Assembly: GCF_030684315.1 (NCBI RefSeq)
Contig: NC_081369.1
Coordinates: 6,357,763-6,421,762 of the forward strand
Direction: 5' to 3'
DNA from: Stegostoma tigrinum
Lineage: Eukaryota
DNA length: 64,000 nt
Shown here: positions 51,541-64,000 of the stretch, in pieces
Numbering within the stretch: position 1 is the stretch's first letter
Layout of the letters: each line of letters opens with the position of its first letter
Translations under genes and position numbers: made by a program
The notes under the pieces: generated by a model
The model's database searches: none
Seen by the model: only the letters and a program-made list of their open reading frames with translations
Told to the model about the DNA's origin: nothing

Positions 51541-52038
51541 AGCCATCTTTGTCTGACATGTTATGTACCCATGAGGTCAGAGTTAACTCTAATATCGATT
51601 GAAGAATTAAAACATGCTGAAATAAGTACTCTGATCAAGGTTTCTAGTCAAAACTCCATGAATCTACTGTATTGAAATTTGATCTCAATTTCTGCATCTT
51701 GCCCCTTTCCCCTTAAAGGCATTCATTAACCAGTGTGTTGCTCCACTTAGATGAATTTGGTTTTAATCAACCTATAATGGTGTTGAACATTTCTGACTGC
51801 AACTCAACATTAGAATTGACTTTGATCAATTGCATTTGAGAGTTCGTAGTAACTATTACAGGTAGCATTGGGAGATGTCAACACTGTACCAGAGCTGTGG
51901 CTTCTTAATGCTGAACATCTAAGATACGTATGCTTCAAAGAGGTTTGGTAGCTCACATCTGGACGAACACACCATTTCCGAAGTTTAGGAAAACAAACAC
52001 CATCAATAAACCACAATGTGCAAAACACCCACACTCAC

Positions 52039-52148
52039 ATTTTACGGATCTCTCTGCTGTTATCACCAAGAATCTGAAACAGCCCATCCAGGATTTCTGG
52101 CAAATAGTCCAGCAGGTTAATGTCAGGAACACATTCCAATACCAGGAT
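52039..52148 (-). CDS. VAC14: VAC14 coding exon 6, 110 nt
   Basis: [36 protein letters not shown](M); CAG acceptor, AT|GTGAGT donor (phase 2). Confidence 0.96.
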
Positions 52149-52631
52149 CTGCAAAGATAACCAAGCTTGAAAATAGTACCAAAGCGGACAATGCTCAAAC
52201 ACAACCCCACCCAAATCCCAGAAGTATCTAGTAGCTCAGATTTAAATCTAAAACTTCAACATGAACATACTCACTGCATTTTGAAGCATTGGCGGGGGGT
52301 GGGGGAGGAATTGAAATAAAAAAGTTTCCTGATGCAAATAGCCCTGGTCACAAATGTGAGCACAGGAGGTGACTGCTGAACAGCTCAGGTGCTAGGAATG
52401 TTAGTGGGAACAGTGCTCATACTGGATCATTTGCTCCACATGGTTCAGTCAGAAGAGAGACTGATGTAAATAATACATTGATGAGTCCTCAGCTAAAATG
52501 TGCCACCAAAATCAATGCTGCTGGACTGGCTGTAGGAAAGTTACCTTCCCTCTTAGTTTTAAAACACTTGAGCCACTGGTTCAATCTGACTATACCAGCA
52601 CACGCTGCTAGAAACACTTTTTGGAACTCAC

Positions 52632-52739
52632 CCAGGAGATGATGAATTGTCTTGCATACTGATTGTTGGAATAAATCCGCTCTCTCAAGAGAGGGACAAA
52701 GGCCACAAGGTCAAATTTGGAACTTTCTGTGACAATATC
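52632..52739 (-). CDS. VAC14: VAC14 coding exon 5, 108 nt
   Basis: [36 protein letters not shown]; CAG acceptor, TGG|GTGAGT donor. Confidence 0.96.
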
Positions 52740-52924
52740 CTGTGAAATAAGAAATGACACCACGATTTAATCACCCATCGTGGACTAAACAGTTATTGGG
52801 TATGACAGCTAAGGTATAATACATTCACATTAAACATTTCACATGTAGAGTGAAGTGAAAAACAACTTCATAATTCCATGTGAGGAAATCACTTATTTGG
52901 AAACATCTCAAAGTGATCAAATAT

Positions 52925-53092
52925 CAGAAATAAAAACAAATTGCTGGAAAAGGACAGGTCTGGCAGCATGTATGGAGAGAAAGCCCTACTTCAAAACAGA
53001 AGGGTCACTGAACCTGAAGTGTTAACTCTGCTTCCCCTTCACAGACGCTGCCAACCTGCTGTGCTTTTCCAGTAATTTAAAATTTTCAGCAT
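52925..53092. mobile_element. Family B palindromic mini-element, decayed
   Basis: ttgctggaaaagg..caggtctggcagc / gctgccaacctgctgtgcttttccag inverted arms. Confidence 0.65.
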
Positions 53093-53864
53093 CCTCATTT
53101 CTTCAGTTTTTATGAGAAAACAAAAACAACATGCATTAGGATACACAAAACAAAAGGTCTGTGGGAAAGTCTTGCATGAAACTGGCTGAGTGTTGGCAAA
53201 GAAGAATTGAAAAAGGTCAGACAGGGTTTTCAACACTTAGGGCTCTGTGCTGCCTTTGGTCTTGACCCATATTCCAAACATATTTGGAGACATCACAAAT
53301 GAGACACTATACAAAGGCCACAGCTGCCCTTTCAGTTGGGCAAAAGAACCCACTGCTTTGTTTCAAAAAAAGATAGCGTGTTCTTCCACCACAACCATAA
53401 TCCCTCAAACAACAATAAAATAGATTATCAGGGCATTATCACACACTTTGTGAAACTTGCCATGCGCAAATTGACTGCTGTGTTTCCTACATTACTACAA
53501 GGACTACACTTAATAAAGTACTCCATTGACTGTAAAATGCCATGGAATGATCTCAAACTGTGAAAGCCTCTCATTCTTAGATATGGTTGGCAAACTAAAA
53601 ATACTTTGCAACGTGTCAAAAGCAGATGCTAACAAAAATGCCAACACTCCTCTTACAAATATTCTCTCAACTCTGGTCTCTCATAGCAGATCAACGGTGG
53701 TAAGGAAGCAATTTCGTTAAAACATTGCCTGTTGCAGTGGAGAAGCTACAAAGAACATAAATTTACTTCTGTGAACAGGGAAGCCCTCTATCACAGCAGC
53801 CAAATGGCAACTTGTAGCTCATTGTTATTTTGCCTGTGGACAAAGTGTTCTCATTTTTCATAAA

Positions 53865-54213
53865 ATCCCTACTGTGTGGAAAGCAGGCCATTTGGCCCAT
53901 CGAGTCTACACTGATCCTCTGAAGGGCAACCCACTCAGACCCATCCCCTATCATATCCGTGTCATCCTGCATTTCCCATGGTTAATGCAGCCAGCCTGCA
54001 CATCCCTGGACACTTTGGGCAACTTAGTATGGTCAATCCACCTAACCTGCACATCTTCGGACTGAGAGGGGAAACCGGAGACCCAGAGAAAACCCACGCA
54101 GACATTGGGAGAATGTCTGTGTGGAGTTTGCACAGTCACCCGAGGCTGGAATCGAACGTGGCTCCCTGAAGCTGTGAGGCAGCAGTGCTAACCACTGAGC
54201 AATCATGCTGCCC
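53865..54213 (-). mobile_element. HE1-type V-SINE
   Basis: Reverse complement of the 39030 family, with an internal tandem duplication (cctgcacatc twice). Confidence 0.88.
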
Positions 54214-55353
54214 AATTTCATTTTCACATATCCACAGTTTGCCTGCCAGTGAGGGGTGTTTAAAAGGAAAACCAGATTGATTCATTGCGAAGGTGGTGCC
54301 AGGAGTTCACACAATTGGAGGAAATCGCAGTGGCATCTGCATTTACAACATTAAAATAGCATTCTCCAGTGCCCAAGGTGATGAGAATGGCAGACAGTAA
54401 ACAGTTATGCTTTAAACAGTCCAAGACAGAGTAGACCTGAGTTTACAGAACAGTTAGACAGCATTTCGACACGAAAACAAGTCCCAGGTGATTCATATTG
54501 CCAATGGACATGGAATCTGATAGGGGATGTGTGTAGGAAAAGCCATTGTCAGATTGGGTTACAGGCTTTCTTAAAATATCATTGAAAGAAAGATACAAGT
54601 TCGCCTGTCAGGATCTGGCAGAGAGGGACTCGCCAAAAAGTGGTGAGTTCTGACAGTGCACTGCTCAGAAATACATTGGCAGCTGATGTTCATACTGAAT
54701 AACTCAAGTTCTGAAGATTTGAAACCGGAATTGGAGATTAATCTATCTTGCACTCAGCCGGAAACACTCAATAAAACATAGTTCCCGGGTTAAAAGTTAC
54801 CAGCTTGGTAAGGAAGCAAAGTAAACCCTCAGGAGCTAAGAATCACTTTGGAATCTCCATTCCAATGATTAGCTCAGAGTGTAAAGTGCACCAGTGAATT
54901 GGGTTTTCAGTTGTGCTAAGAGGAACGGGGAAAAATTCTATTCTGTAGTTTATAAATAGTTTTCAGACAAAGGGTTTTTAACCTGTTTGTTACAATCAAT
55001 GTTTTAGAATATGAAATCTTGCTTTAATCGTCCTTTTAACCATCAACTGAAGGTTAGAATTTATGCTTTTAAAACACAAAAGGGAATCATGCAATTTACT
55101 ATCCACAACTGGGATACGTACTTGAAGATTGGAAAGTAAGGCACACTCTCACTTTTCATCTTGTGTAATTACAACTAGGCTTCTCCACAAGTGTGTGGAT
55201 GATGATACAGCAAAGAATTAAGAATTGTGAACCATGTATTCTGTGTTAAATTGATCTTGGATATGAAACACAGGTACGAGATGCTTATGATGCGAGATGA
55301 GTGCTCTCCCAATCCAAACAAGTCCCTGCCCAGCAGCAAGTTTGGATGCTTAC

Positions 55354-55416
55354 CTTTAATAATCGATCCAGCAATTCGGAACCACTTTTAACATTGGGAT
55401 CTGGATCTGCAGCCAA
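55354..55416 (-). CDS. VAC14: VAC14 coding exon 4, 63 nt
   Basis: [21 protein letters not shown]; TAG acceptor, AAG|GTAAG donor; in frame with flanking exons; too short for the ORF track. Confidence 0.96.
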
Positions 55417-55769
55417 CTATGTAAAACAAACATATTACTGAGTAACTATTGTTAGGGATTTGGATTTAACTCCAGCATCACTACAATGAAATGGTAAATT
55501 AAATGAATGATAATGAATCTGAAGGCTGCAGGGGAGACAGGCTTTGGTTAGGACTGCTCAGAGAATCTGAGGATTTCTTCAATACATTTTCTTCTTCTTT
55601 CAATTGGATTATGCAATGGGAAACACCAAAAGTCATGAGCAAGCTCCTTGTGTCAAAAGCCTTTTAAATCGAATGGCATCTGTTTAACCAAAATGATACT
55701 TGTTAAAAAGGTTCAGGATAAGCCAGAGGTACTACGCATAATGGAAACCTAGTCAATGTCCCCATTATC

Positions 55770-56045
55770 AGCTTTTCTCCTTCCCTGGCTTACGAGCAAC
55801 CATCCCTTTCTGTGCCTTACTGTCTTTTGCTCTCTCTGGTCTCCATCATCACCTGTCAGCACACTTCTGCCCTCCCCACGTGTCTCCAGCATTTATATTG
55901 CTTTTTCCAAGCTATTAAGAAGTTCTGAAGAAGGGTCACTACCCAAAACATTGACTGCGTTTTCTCTCCACAGATGCTGCCAGACTTACTGAGTTTGTTC
56001 AGCTAAGCATCTTCAGCATCCACAGTTCTTTGTTCTATTTTATTA
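55770..56045 (+). mobile_element. Family B Penelope terminal-repeat fragment
   Basis: agttctgaagaagggtcactacccaaaacattgact (decayed hammerhead) followed by cagatgctgccagac..cagcatccacagttcttt. Confidence 0.7.
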
Positions 56046-56700
56046 TTTCTTAAAAAACAAGAGCATTATTAAATTGGTATCCCTTGTTGCTTACTATTAT
56101 ATTTAAGTTTTTATTAACTGAATAATCTCTAAGTTTCACATGGTTAGGAAGGAAAGATGACACCCACCGAGTGAGACATAACCCCTGCATGATGTCGGAG
56201 CTGTGGACCCCATTGTAATTCACAGAACCACACCTGTAGCAAGTGTTGGTTGCTTGAGAAACTTGGGCTCAGAGTTGATGAGCTGGAGTCGGAGCTTTAA
56301 ACACTAACATCAGGAAGGGAGAGAGCTCCCCGGATGCCGGTGTTTTAGGACGCAGTCACATCCCTTTGATCAAGTACCTCGAATTCAGACAGTGGTCAGG
56401 GACAGGAGGGTGTGACTATGAGCAAGACAGGTAGAGGGATCCAGGAAGTAGTGCTGAAGGAACCTCAGCCCTTGAGCTTATCCAACAGGCTTGAGATTCC
56501 TGTTCCTGCCTGGGCGAGAGCAGGGGCTGTAGGGAGGATGAGCAAACTGACGATAGCACATTTGACCAGGGAGCCATTCAAATGGGTGAGGAAAGAGAAA
56601 TGCAGTTGACTTCAGGACAGTAGTCAGAGGAATAGACACTGTTCTCTGTGGCAGGATAGAGCATCCTAAAGGCCGAGTCACCTGCTCAGTGCCCAAGGTC

Positions 56701-57015
56701 AGATTAGATTAGATTAGATTCGCTACAGTGTGGAAACAGGCCCTTCGGCCCAGCAAGTCCACACAGCCCCTTGAAGCTTCCCACCCAGACCCATCCCCCT
56801 ATAAGCCCCACACCCCTGAACACTACGGACAATTTAACGTGGCCAATCGACCTAGTCTGCACATCTTTCGACTCTGGGAGGAAACCAGAGCACCCGGAGG
56901 AAACCCACGCAGACACGGGGAGAACGTGCAAACTCCGCAGAGACAGTTACCCGAGGCTGGAACTGAACCTGGGTCTCTGGCACTGTGAGACTGCGGTGCT
57001 AACCACTGAGCCACC
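56701..57015 (-). mobile_element. HE1-type V-SINE with (AATCT)n tail, inserted in CR1 ORF1
   Basis: agattagattagattagatt tail; head ggtggctcagtggttagc on the minus strand. Confidence 0.9.
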
Positions 57016-57751
57016 AGGATATCTCATCTGAGCTGTACCTGGAGCAGGGTGGGAAAGATCCAGTTGTCATGGCCCATGTAGGTACTAATGATAATAGGTA
57101 GAAAGAGGATGGAGGTTCTGCTGAGGGAACACGAGTGGCTAAGGGCTAAATAAAAAAGCAGAACCAAAAAAAGGGAATAATCTCCGGCTGGAGCAAATTG
57201 GCAAGAGGTTGCAAAATTAAATAGGTAAGTGTGTGGCTCTGGGATTAGTGTAGGAGAAAAAGATCCAAATTCATTGGAGATTGGCACCAGTACTGGGGAA
57301 GGAGAGAGCTATTGCAGTGGGATGGGCTCAACCTGAATCATGCTGAGACCAGAGTCCTGGCAAATTGCAGAACTAGGGCTATGGACAGGGTTTGAAACTA
57401 AATCATAGCAGAGGTACTCAGTTGTATAGAAAATGATAAAATCAAAGGTAGAATTGCAGGTTAGTTATGGGGTTGATTGGTATCAGAAAACCAAAGAAAG
57501 GTACAGAATGCACAAATGTCATTGTATCAAGAAACCATTAAAAAAAGTACATCCGATAACAGAACAAACTTAAAGGCTTTGTATCTCAATGTATGAAGCA
57601 CTCAGAATAATGAACTGATAGCACAAATCAAGGTAAACAATTACAATCTCATAGCTGCTGCAGGAATATGGTTACTCGGAGATCAAAACTGGGAATTTCA
57701 CATTCAGGGATATTTGACCTTTCAGAAAGACAGGAAGGTCAGAAAGGGTAG

Positions 57752-57995
57752 CAACAAATTACTGCAGATGCTGAAATCTGTACCAAAAATGAAAAATGCT
57801 GGAGATCACAGCAGGTCAGGCAGCATCTGTGGACAGAGAACAAGCTAACATTTCTAGTCTAGATGATATCACATCAGCTCTCATGTGAAGTGGTGTGGAG
57901 ATAACATTTGTTCAGTGGTGTGGGGGTGGAGTGCTGGGGGAGAGAAGCTGCCAATAGTGTAGATGAAATGACTTACATGAGAGAACAATAGAATG
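57752..57995 (-). mobile_element. Penelope terminal-repeat fragment nested in CR1
   Basis: actgcagatgctgaaatctg..aaatgctggaga..cagcaggtcaggcagcatctgtgga, matching the Penelope termini elsewhere in the window. Confidence 0.65.
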
Positions 57996-59963
57996 GGAAA
58001 GGTGGTGGGGTAGTGCTGTTAATAAGACATGAAATGAGGACAGTTATGAGAGATAACAGAGGCTCAGATGATTATATGATCAGGATTCTATGATAAAGAT
58101 TTCACTTGGTTAGAGGTAACAAACAGCAAGGGAGAAAAAACATTGGTAGGAATTGTGTACAGACCCTCAAACTGCTGCCACTCTGTAGGAAAGGGTATAA
58201 GACCAGTAAATATTAGGAACATGTAAAAAGAATAGAGCAACAATTATGGGTAATCTTCATGTTGATTAATTTAATCAAATCGGAACGGGTAGCTACAACA
58301 ATGAATTCATAGACTGCAATAGCAATACATCGTGGAGTCGACCAAAGAGGTTCTGTCGGATCTGGTAATGGGTAGCGAGGCAGGCTTAATAAATGACCTC
58401 TGAATAAAAAAGATCCCCTGGTAAGTAGTGACTATAACATGATAGAATTTAATATTCAGTTTGGGTGAAAGGAACTTGGGTCAGAAACAACAGTGCTCAA
58501 CTTAAATTAATGAAGGGAATTACAAAAGAAAGATTAGTTAGCTAGAATGAACCAGGTAGATAGATTAGCAGGGATCTGAGTAAACAAACAGTGGCAAATA
58601 TTTAAGGAAATAATTCATGATACTTAGCAAAAATATATCACAATAAGGACGAAGGATTCGAAGACAAGGGCTAACCAAGGAAGTTAAGGAGAGTATGAAG
58701 TTGAAAGAAAAAGCATTGAGGTGGTCAAAGTCAGTGATAGCCTTAAAGGCTGGATAAATGCAGATTCCTGCAAAGGAGGATTAAAAAGATATTAAAGACT
58801 GAGAAACTAAACTGAGGGCAAACTATCAAGGAATACAAAACCTTGAAAACAAAAAAAAACTTCATTAAATTTATAACAGTGAGGTCAGTTTGCATGGGCC
58901 CCTTAGAAAATGAAACTGGGGAGCGGGTTTTGGGGAACAAGGAAATGGCAGGACAGTTAAACAGATACTTTGTATCAGTCTGCATAGCGGAAAATACTTC
59001 CAACATCCCATTACTACTAAAGAATACAAGGGAGGCATTAAGTACCATTACAACTGAAGCAGTATTAGACAAACTAATGAGGTTAAAATCATGTAAGTCC
59101 CCTGGCCCTGAGGATTTCCATCCCAAAATCCTAAAATAAGTAGCTATGTAGATAGTGGATGCACTTGTAACTTCCTAAAAATCTTTGGATCCTGAAGTAG
59201 TACTACAGGACTGGAAAACTGCTAATGTGACACTCCTATTCAAAAAGGTAAGGAGGGAAGTGCATGAAATGATAGGCCAGTTAGCCCAACATCTACTGTT
59301 GCAAAAAAGTGTTGGATTCAATTATTCAGGAAACAATAGCAGAACATTTGGAAAATCAACCTAACTGAGCAGAATCAACATGGTTTCATAAAAAGAAAAT
59401 AGTGTCTGACTAACTAATAACTATTTTTTGAGGGAGATTCAACCAGAGTGGATGGAAGAGAACCAACAGATGTGTTGTATTTGGACTTCCAGAAGGCTTT
59501 CAAGAAGGTACCTCATAAAAGTTTAAGTCATGAGATGACAGCCCAGAGTGTGGGAGATAATATATCGGTGTGGATAGAGAATTGCCATATGGGCAGGAAG
59601 CAGTGAGAAGGGATAAGGTTTTTTTAAAAAAAAGTTGGTGACTTGTAATTAGTGGGGTCTCAGTTCTGGGACTGCAATAGTTTATAGAATACATTAATAA
59701 ACTAGCAGGAAGGAAGTGAATGTACTGCAGCTAATTTTGTGGTCAAGACAAAAATAGGAGGAGAAGCAGGTCCAGGTAGTTTACAGGGAGATTTTGATAG
59801 GTTAAGTAAGTGGCCAAAAAGTTGATAAATGGAGTATAATGTGAGGAAAATGCGATGCTGCTCATTTTGGAAGGGAGAACAAGAGAACAGAGTATTCTTT
59901 AAATGGAGAAAAACTACAGAAAGCTGCAAAGGATCTTGGGGGTACTTGCGCACAAAACACAGG

Positions 59964-60186
59964 GACAGCAGGTAATCAGAGATACAAAGTATGGCGCTGG
60001 ACGAACACAGCAGGCCAAGCAGCATCTCAGGAACACAAAAGCTGACGTTTCGGGTCTAGATTTCGGATGAAGGGTCCAGGCCCGAAACGTCAGCTTTTGT
60101 GCTCTTAAGATGCTGCTTGGCCTGCTGTGTTCATCCAGCTCCTCCAGCAGTTGCAGTTCCCATAATCTCTGACAGCAGGTAGTCAG
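59964..60186. mobile_element. Family A palindromic mini-element with two opposed hammerhead remnants, 16-bp TSD
   Basis: gacagcaggtaatcag (59964-59979) / gacagcaggtagtcag (60171-60186); gctgacgtttcgggtctaga..cggatgaagggtccaggcccgaaacgtcagc centre. Confidence 0.88.
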
Positions 60187-60384
60187 GAAGGCAAATAGAA
60201 TGTTGGCCGTCATTTCAAGGGGCTTGGAACATAAGAGTAGAGAAGTCTTACTGTGACCGTAAAAGGTAATAGTGTGACCACATCTGGAGTACTGAGAGCA
60301 GTTTTGGATCCCCTTTTTAATGAAAGTTATCAGTTCTTTGGAAGTAGTTCAGAGAAGAATCCGAGAATGATCCCTGGCATGAAC

Positions 60385-61503
60385 TGACTCCAACAGCTAC
60401 CTGGACTATACCTTCCCTCACCTAACCTCCTGCAAGAATGCAATCCCATATTCTTAATTCCTGCTCCTCTGCCTCCAAGATGGATCATTCCACTCCTGGA
60501 TATCCCAGATGTCTTCCTTCCTCAATGATCTTCATTTCCTCCCTCCGGTGATTCATAATGGCCTCAACTGCATCTCTTGCATTTCCTGCACTTCTTGCTC
60601 TCAAACGCCTACCCCCCCACAGCAAACAAAATTAAAGACAGAATCCCCGGGTCCTCATATCGTCCTACTAATCTCCACATCCAGCATATCATCCTCCACC
60701 ATTTCCGCCAGCTGCAGCCTGACCCCATCACCAAAGAGATATTTCCCACCCCACCTCTATCTGCCATCTGTAGCGACCACACACTCCACAACTCCCTCAT
60801 CTGCTCCACACTCGCCATGAGCCCCGCCATACCTAGCACAAAAGGAAGTGCCGTCTCTGCCCCTACACCTCTCTCCTCATCTCCATCCAAGGCCCCAAAA
60901 AACTTGCTAAATTCAACATGGTTTCACCTGTATGTCTTCCAACCTAGTCGACTGTATCCATTGCTCCCAATGTGGTCTCCTCTACATCAGTGAGACCAAG
61001 TACAGGCTTGGTGACTGATTTGTGGAGCGTCTGTGCTTTGTATGCCATAATCAATAGCACGTTCCGGGTGCCATTTTAACTCCCCTTCCCACTCCCTGGA
61101 CAACATGTCCATCCTGGGCCTCACGACACCGCATAAACTGGAGGAGCAACATATTCCACCTCAGGAGCTTATAGCCTGATGGCCTCAAGATAGAATTCAC
61201 CAGTTTCAAACTCTCCCACCCCCAGTCTCACCCCATATCCAGCCCTCCCTCTCATCCCTACCTCCTTGACTTGACGCAACCTGTCCATCTTCTTTCTCAC
61301 CTATCCATCCCACCCTTCCCATGACCTATCTCCACAACCTACTTGCATCCACCTATCACCATCCCACCTACCTTCACCCAGCCCCACTCCCTCCCTCTAT
61401 TTATTTCCAAACTCCCTTCACCCATTTCCACACCGAGTCCTGATGAAACGTTGACTCTCCTGCTCCTCTGACCTGCTGTGCTCCTCCAGCTCCACAGTAT
61501 TGA
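60385..61503 (+). mobile_element. 5'-truncated Penelope-like element nested in CR1
   Basis: DSNSYLDY, YRPTNLHIQHIILHHFRQLQPDP, GIY-YIG-like text at 60940-61030; ccctggcatg duplicated at 60372 and 61504; hammerhead with stem II deleted (cctgatgaaacgttgac). Confidence 0.85.
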
Positions 61504-62987
61504 CCCTGGCATGGAGAGGTTGTCTTATGATCAGAGGCTAATCAGGTTGGGACTCTACCCAGTCGAGTTTAGAAGAATGAGAGGTGATCTCATTGAAGGG
61601 ACTCTCTCAAGGGGCTCAACAGGGTAAATGCCGGGAGGCTGCTTTCTCTCATGGGAGAAGCCAGGGCTAGAAGGCAGAGTCTCAGAATAAAGGGGCATCA
61701 ATTTAGGGCTGAGGAGGAACCTCCCCTCTGAAGGTTAAGTGTCTTTGGAACCCCTTGCCACAGAGAGCTATAGAAGCAGAGTCCTTGTGCTTATTTAAGG
61801 CTGAGATGGACAGATTCTTGATCAGAATCATAGGCTATGGGGAAAGGGCAGGAAAGTGGATGCAAGGAATCTCACGTCAGTCACGATCCTATCAAATGGC
61901 AGAGCAGCTGTGAGGTGCTGAATGGCCTACTCCTGCACCTATTCCTTATAGTTTTATCACTTTCCAAATTGTTGTTTCCACGTATTGCGCCGTATCTCTC
62001 CTCCCTCATTTAAGTGTATGAAACAAACTTTAAATTTTACCACAGCATTGTATGCCCTTGTAAAAATCAGGGCCCACAAAGACACTGAGGGAACTCTGAC
62101 CTCAAATGTTTAAAACAAAAAGGAAAATATCAATTCACAATCTGCTTTTTGACTGATGGTGACAACAGGGAGAGGGGTTTACTTGAAAAACTCTCCAACG
62201 GCCCGTGGCTGTATAATTTAATCTCGACAGATTAAATCTAGTGTTCTTAGAAGTGCAAACCTCATCAACTTCCTCCAGAGGTACACTTAATATTGTGATA
62301 GCAAAGTGGTGGTGAGGACCACCAGGAGCTGAATAGGGGATAGGAGCTTCCACATATGCTCCTACCAGCAACTCAGTAGTGACGCTGTGAGGGACGGAAG
62401 GCAGTGGGAGGGGTTGCAGTACCTAGAGAAATTAATCCTCAGTAAAGGGCTGATTTGGTCAAGCTGCTAAAGGCTTCAATCCATGATTGGTCCCTCACTC
62501 AGTTAATTGTGCTGCCAGCCCCGAACAAAAGGAAGCAAAACGCCTTTTTTGTTACATAACTGTGAATAAGGGGCAGGCAGGAGACAAGCAGGCTACAAAT
62601 TAAATGGCATAGACAAATCATTGTTTGTTCTGATTGTTTTCAACTCCACTTGCCAGTGACCAGCTACCCCCAGTATCGTGGGGGTTATCATTGACCAGAA
62701 ACACAGCTAGACATTTTTTTTGTTTAATTCACTCATGGCTGGACCAGCAATTATTGCTCATCTCCAACTGCCCTTGAGGTGGTGGTATAGTGAGCAGAAT
62801 ATTTGCAAATGACAAATTCAAAAAAGTAACAATCACTTGCCCTTGTTTCAATAATCTAGTAGTGCATTCTTGTCACTACACTCCCCCGCAGGTCAGTTTT
62901 TAAAGGTATCGAACCGATGACTGATTTTGTTTTGTTTTAATTATTAAAGCCGTCCAGAATTGACACTGATGTGCTGGCTGCTCTTAC

Positions 62988-63155
62988 CTTACTCAGTCCG
63001 TTGAACAGTACATTGAAATGAGGAAGGACTGAGCCCCTGGCAACCTTTACTATATTGTACAGGGCCTCACAGGCATAATAACGCAATCGACTATCAGCAT
63101 CGTTGAAACAGGTCAAAACTGGCTCAATGAGTTCCTTCAGATACAAACCAGAATC
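62988..63155 (-). CDS. VAC14: VAC14 coding exon (equivalent to human exon 3), 168 nt
   Basis: Translates [56 protein letters not shown], recognisable VAC14 N-terminal HEAT region; pyrimidine tract + CAG acceptor, AAG|GTAAG donor; phase 0/0. Confidence 0.97.
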
Positions 63156-64000
63156 CTGCAGGGAAAAATAAAAAGACAGAAAATGAACACAAATAAGGGA
63201 GAAGACAGACATTGTAATAGAGCATGATTTAACAGCCTCTCTGAGGCACTGCCATACAGTTGTACAGTTAAGTTGCACACTGATAGTTCAAACTTATCTT
63301 TCCTCACGTGAAAATGAGATAACAAGTGCAGACAGTCTATCCTTCTGGACTGAAACTCTCAACCACACACCACACCCAGTTTAAACTCCAGGACACCTCT
63401 GCAAGAGTTCCTTAGGTCCTGGGTCCAGACGTCTCCAGCTGTTTCGATGACCTTCTCTCCATAATGTCAGAAGTGGGGATGTTCATTGATAGCTGCACAA
63501 TGGTCAGTACTATTTGTGATTCTTCAAATACTGAAGCAGTGCATGTACAAATGCAGCAAGACCTGGATAAGATCCAGGTATGCTCTGGCAAATAGCAAAT
63601 AAAATTAGTGACAAAAGTGCCAAGCACAAAAAATCACCCAACAAGAGGGAATCTAACCATCACCTCTAGCCATTCAATGGCATTACCACTGTTGAATCGC
63701 CCACTTCAACAGCAAATGGGTTACCACTGACCAGAAATGGAGCAAGACATTTTTTGCTCAATTCACTCATGTCTGGGCCAGCAATTATTGCCCACTCCTA
63801 GTTGCCCTCGAGATGGTGGTGGTGCGCTGTCTTCTTGAAATGCTGCAGTCTATGTGCTGCAGGCAGACTCACAATGCTGTTAGTGGGGGGGAATTCCAGG
63901 AATTTTTCTCAGTGATACTGAAGGAACGGTGATATAATTCCAATTCAGGACAGTCAGTGCCTTGGAGGGGAACTTACAGTTTGGTTTTCCCTATGTACCT

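Larger units (their letters stand above)
56100..61955 (+). mobile_element. Near full-length decayed CR1 LINE (ORF1 + ORF2 + 3' UTR) with four nested insertions
   Basis: ORF1 Cys-rich/coiled-coil start (HTCSKCWLLEKL..RVDELESEL), SGNH-like HVGTND and WDGLNLN, endonuclease debris, KSPGPEDFHP, DFQKAF, 3' UTR ending gaatggcctactcctg..ttccttatag. Confidence 0.85.

Overview
Eukaryotic genomic DNA, most likely from a shark; this is inferred from the repeat families (HE1-type V-SINEs, a DeuSINE, CR1 LINEs, Penelope-like elements). The whole window lies inside the VAC14 gene (PIKfyve-complex scaffold, HEAT repeats) on the minus strand. Nine consecutive coding exons, equivalent to human exons 3-11, splice in frame with GT-AG boundaries. 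The intron between exons 8 and 9 is a minor-spliceosome (U12) intron. The introns are packed with nested retroelements. The most unusual signal is a set of at least four Penelope-like (GIY-YIG/RT) families whose terminal repeats carry hammerhead-ribozyme motifs. These include one structurally complete hammerhead in the sense of the VAC14 pre-mRNA (26326-26369) and many short palindromic derivatives flanked by 13-16 bp target-site duplications. Most ORFs in the supplied track are retroelement debris or chance ORFs. Exon, splice-site, TSD and ribozyme coordinates were read by hand; boundaries of decayed repeats are approximate.
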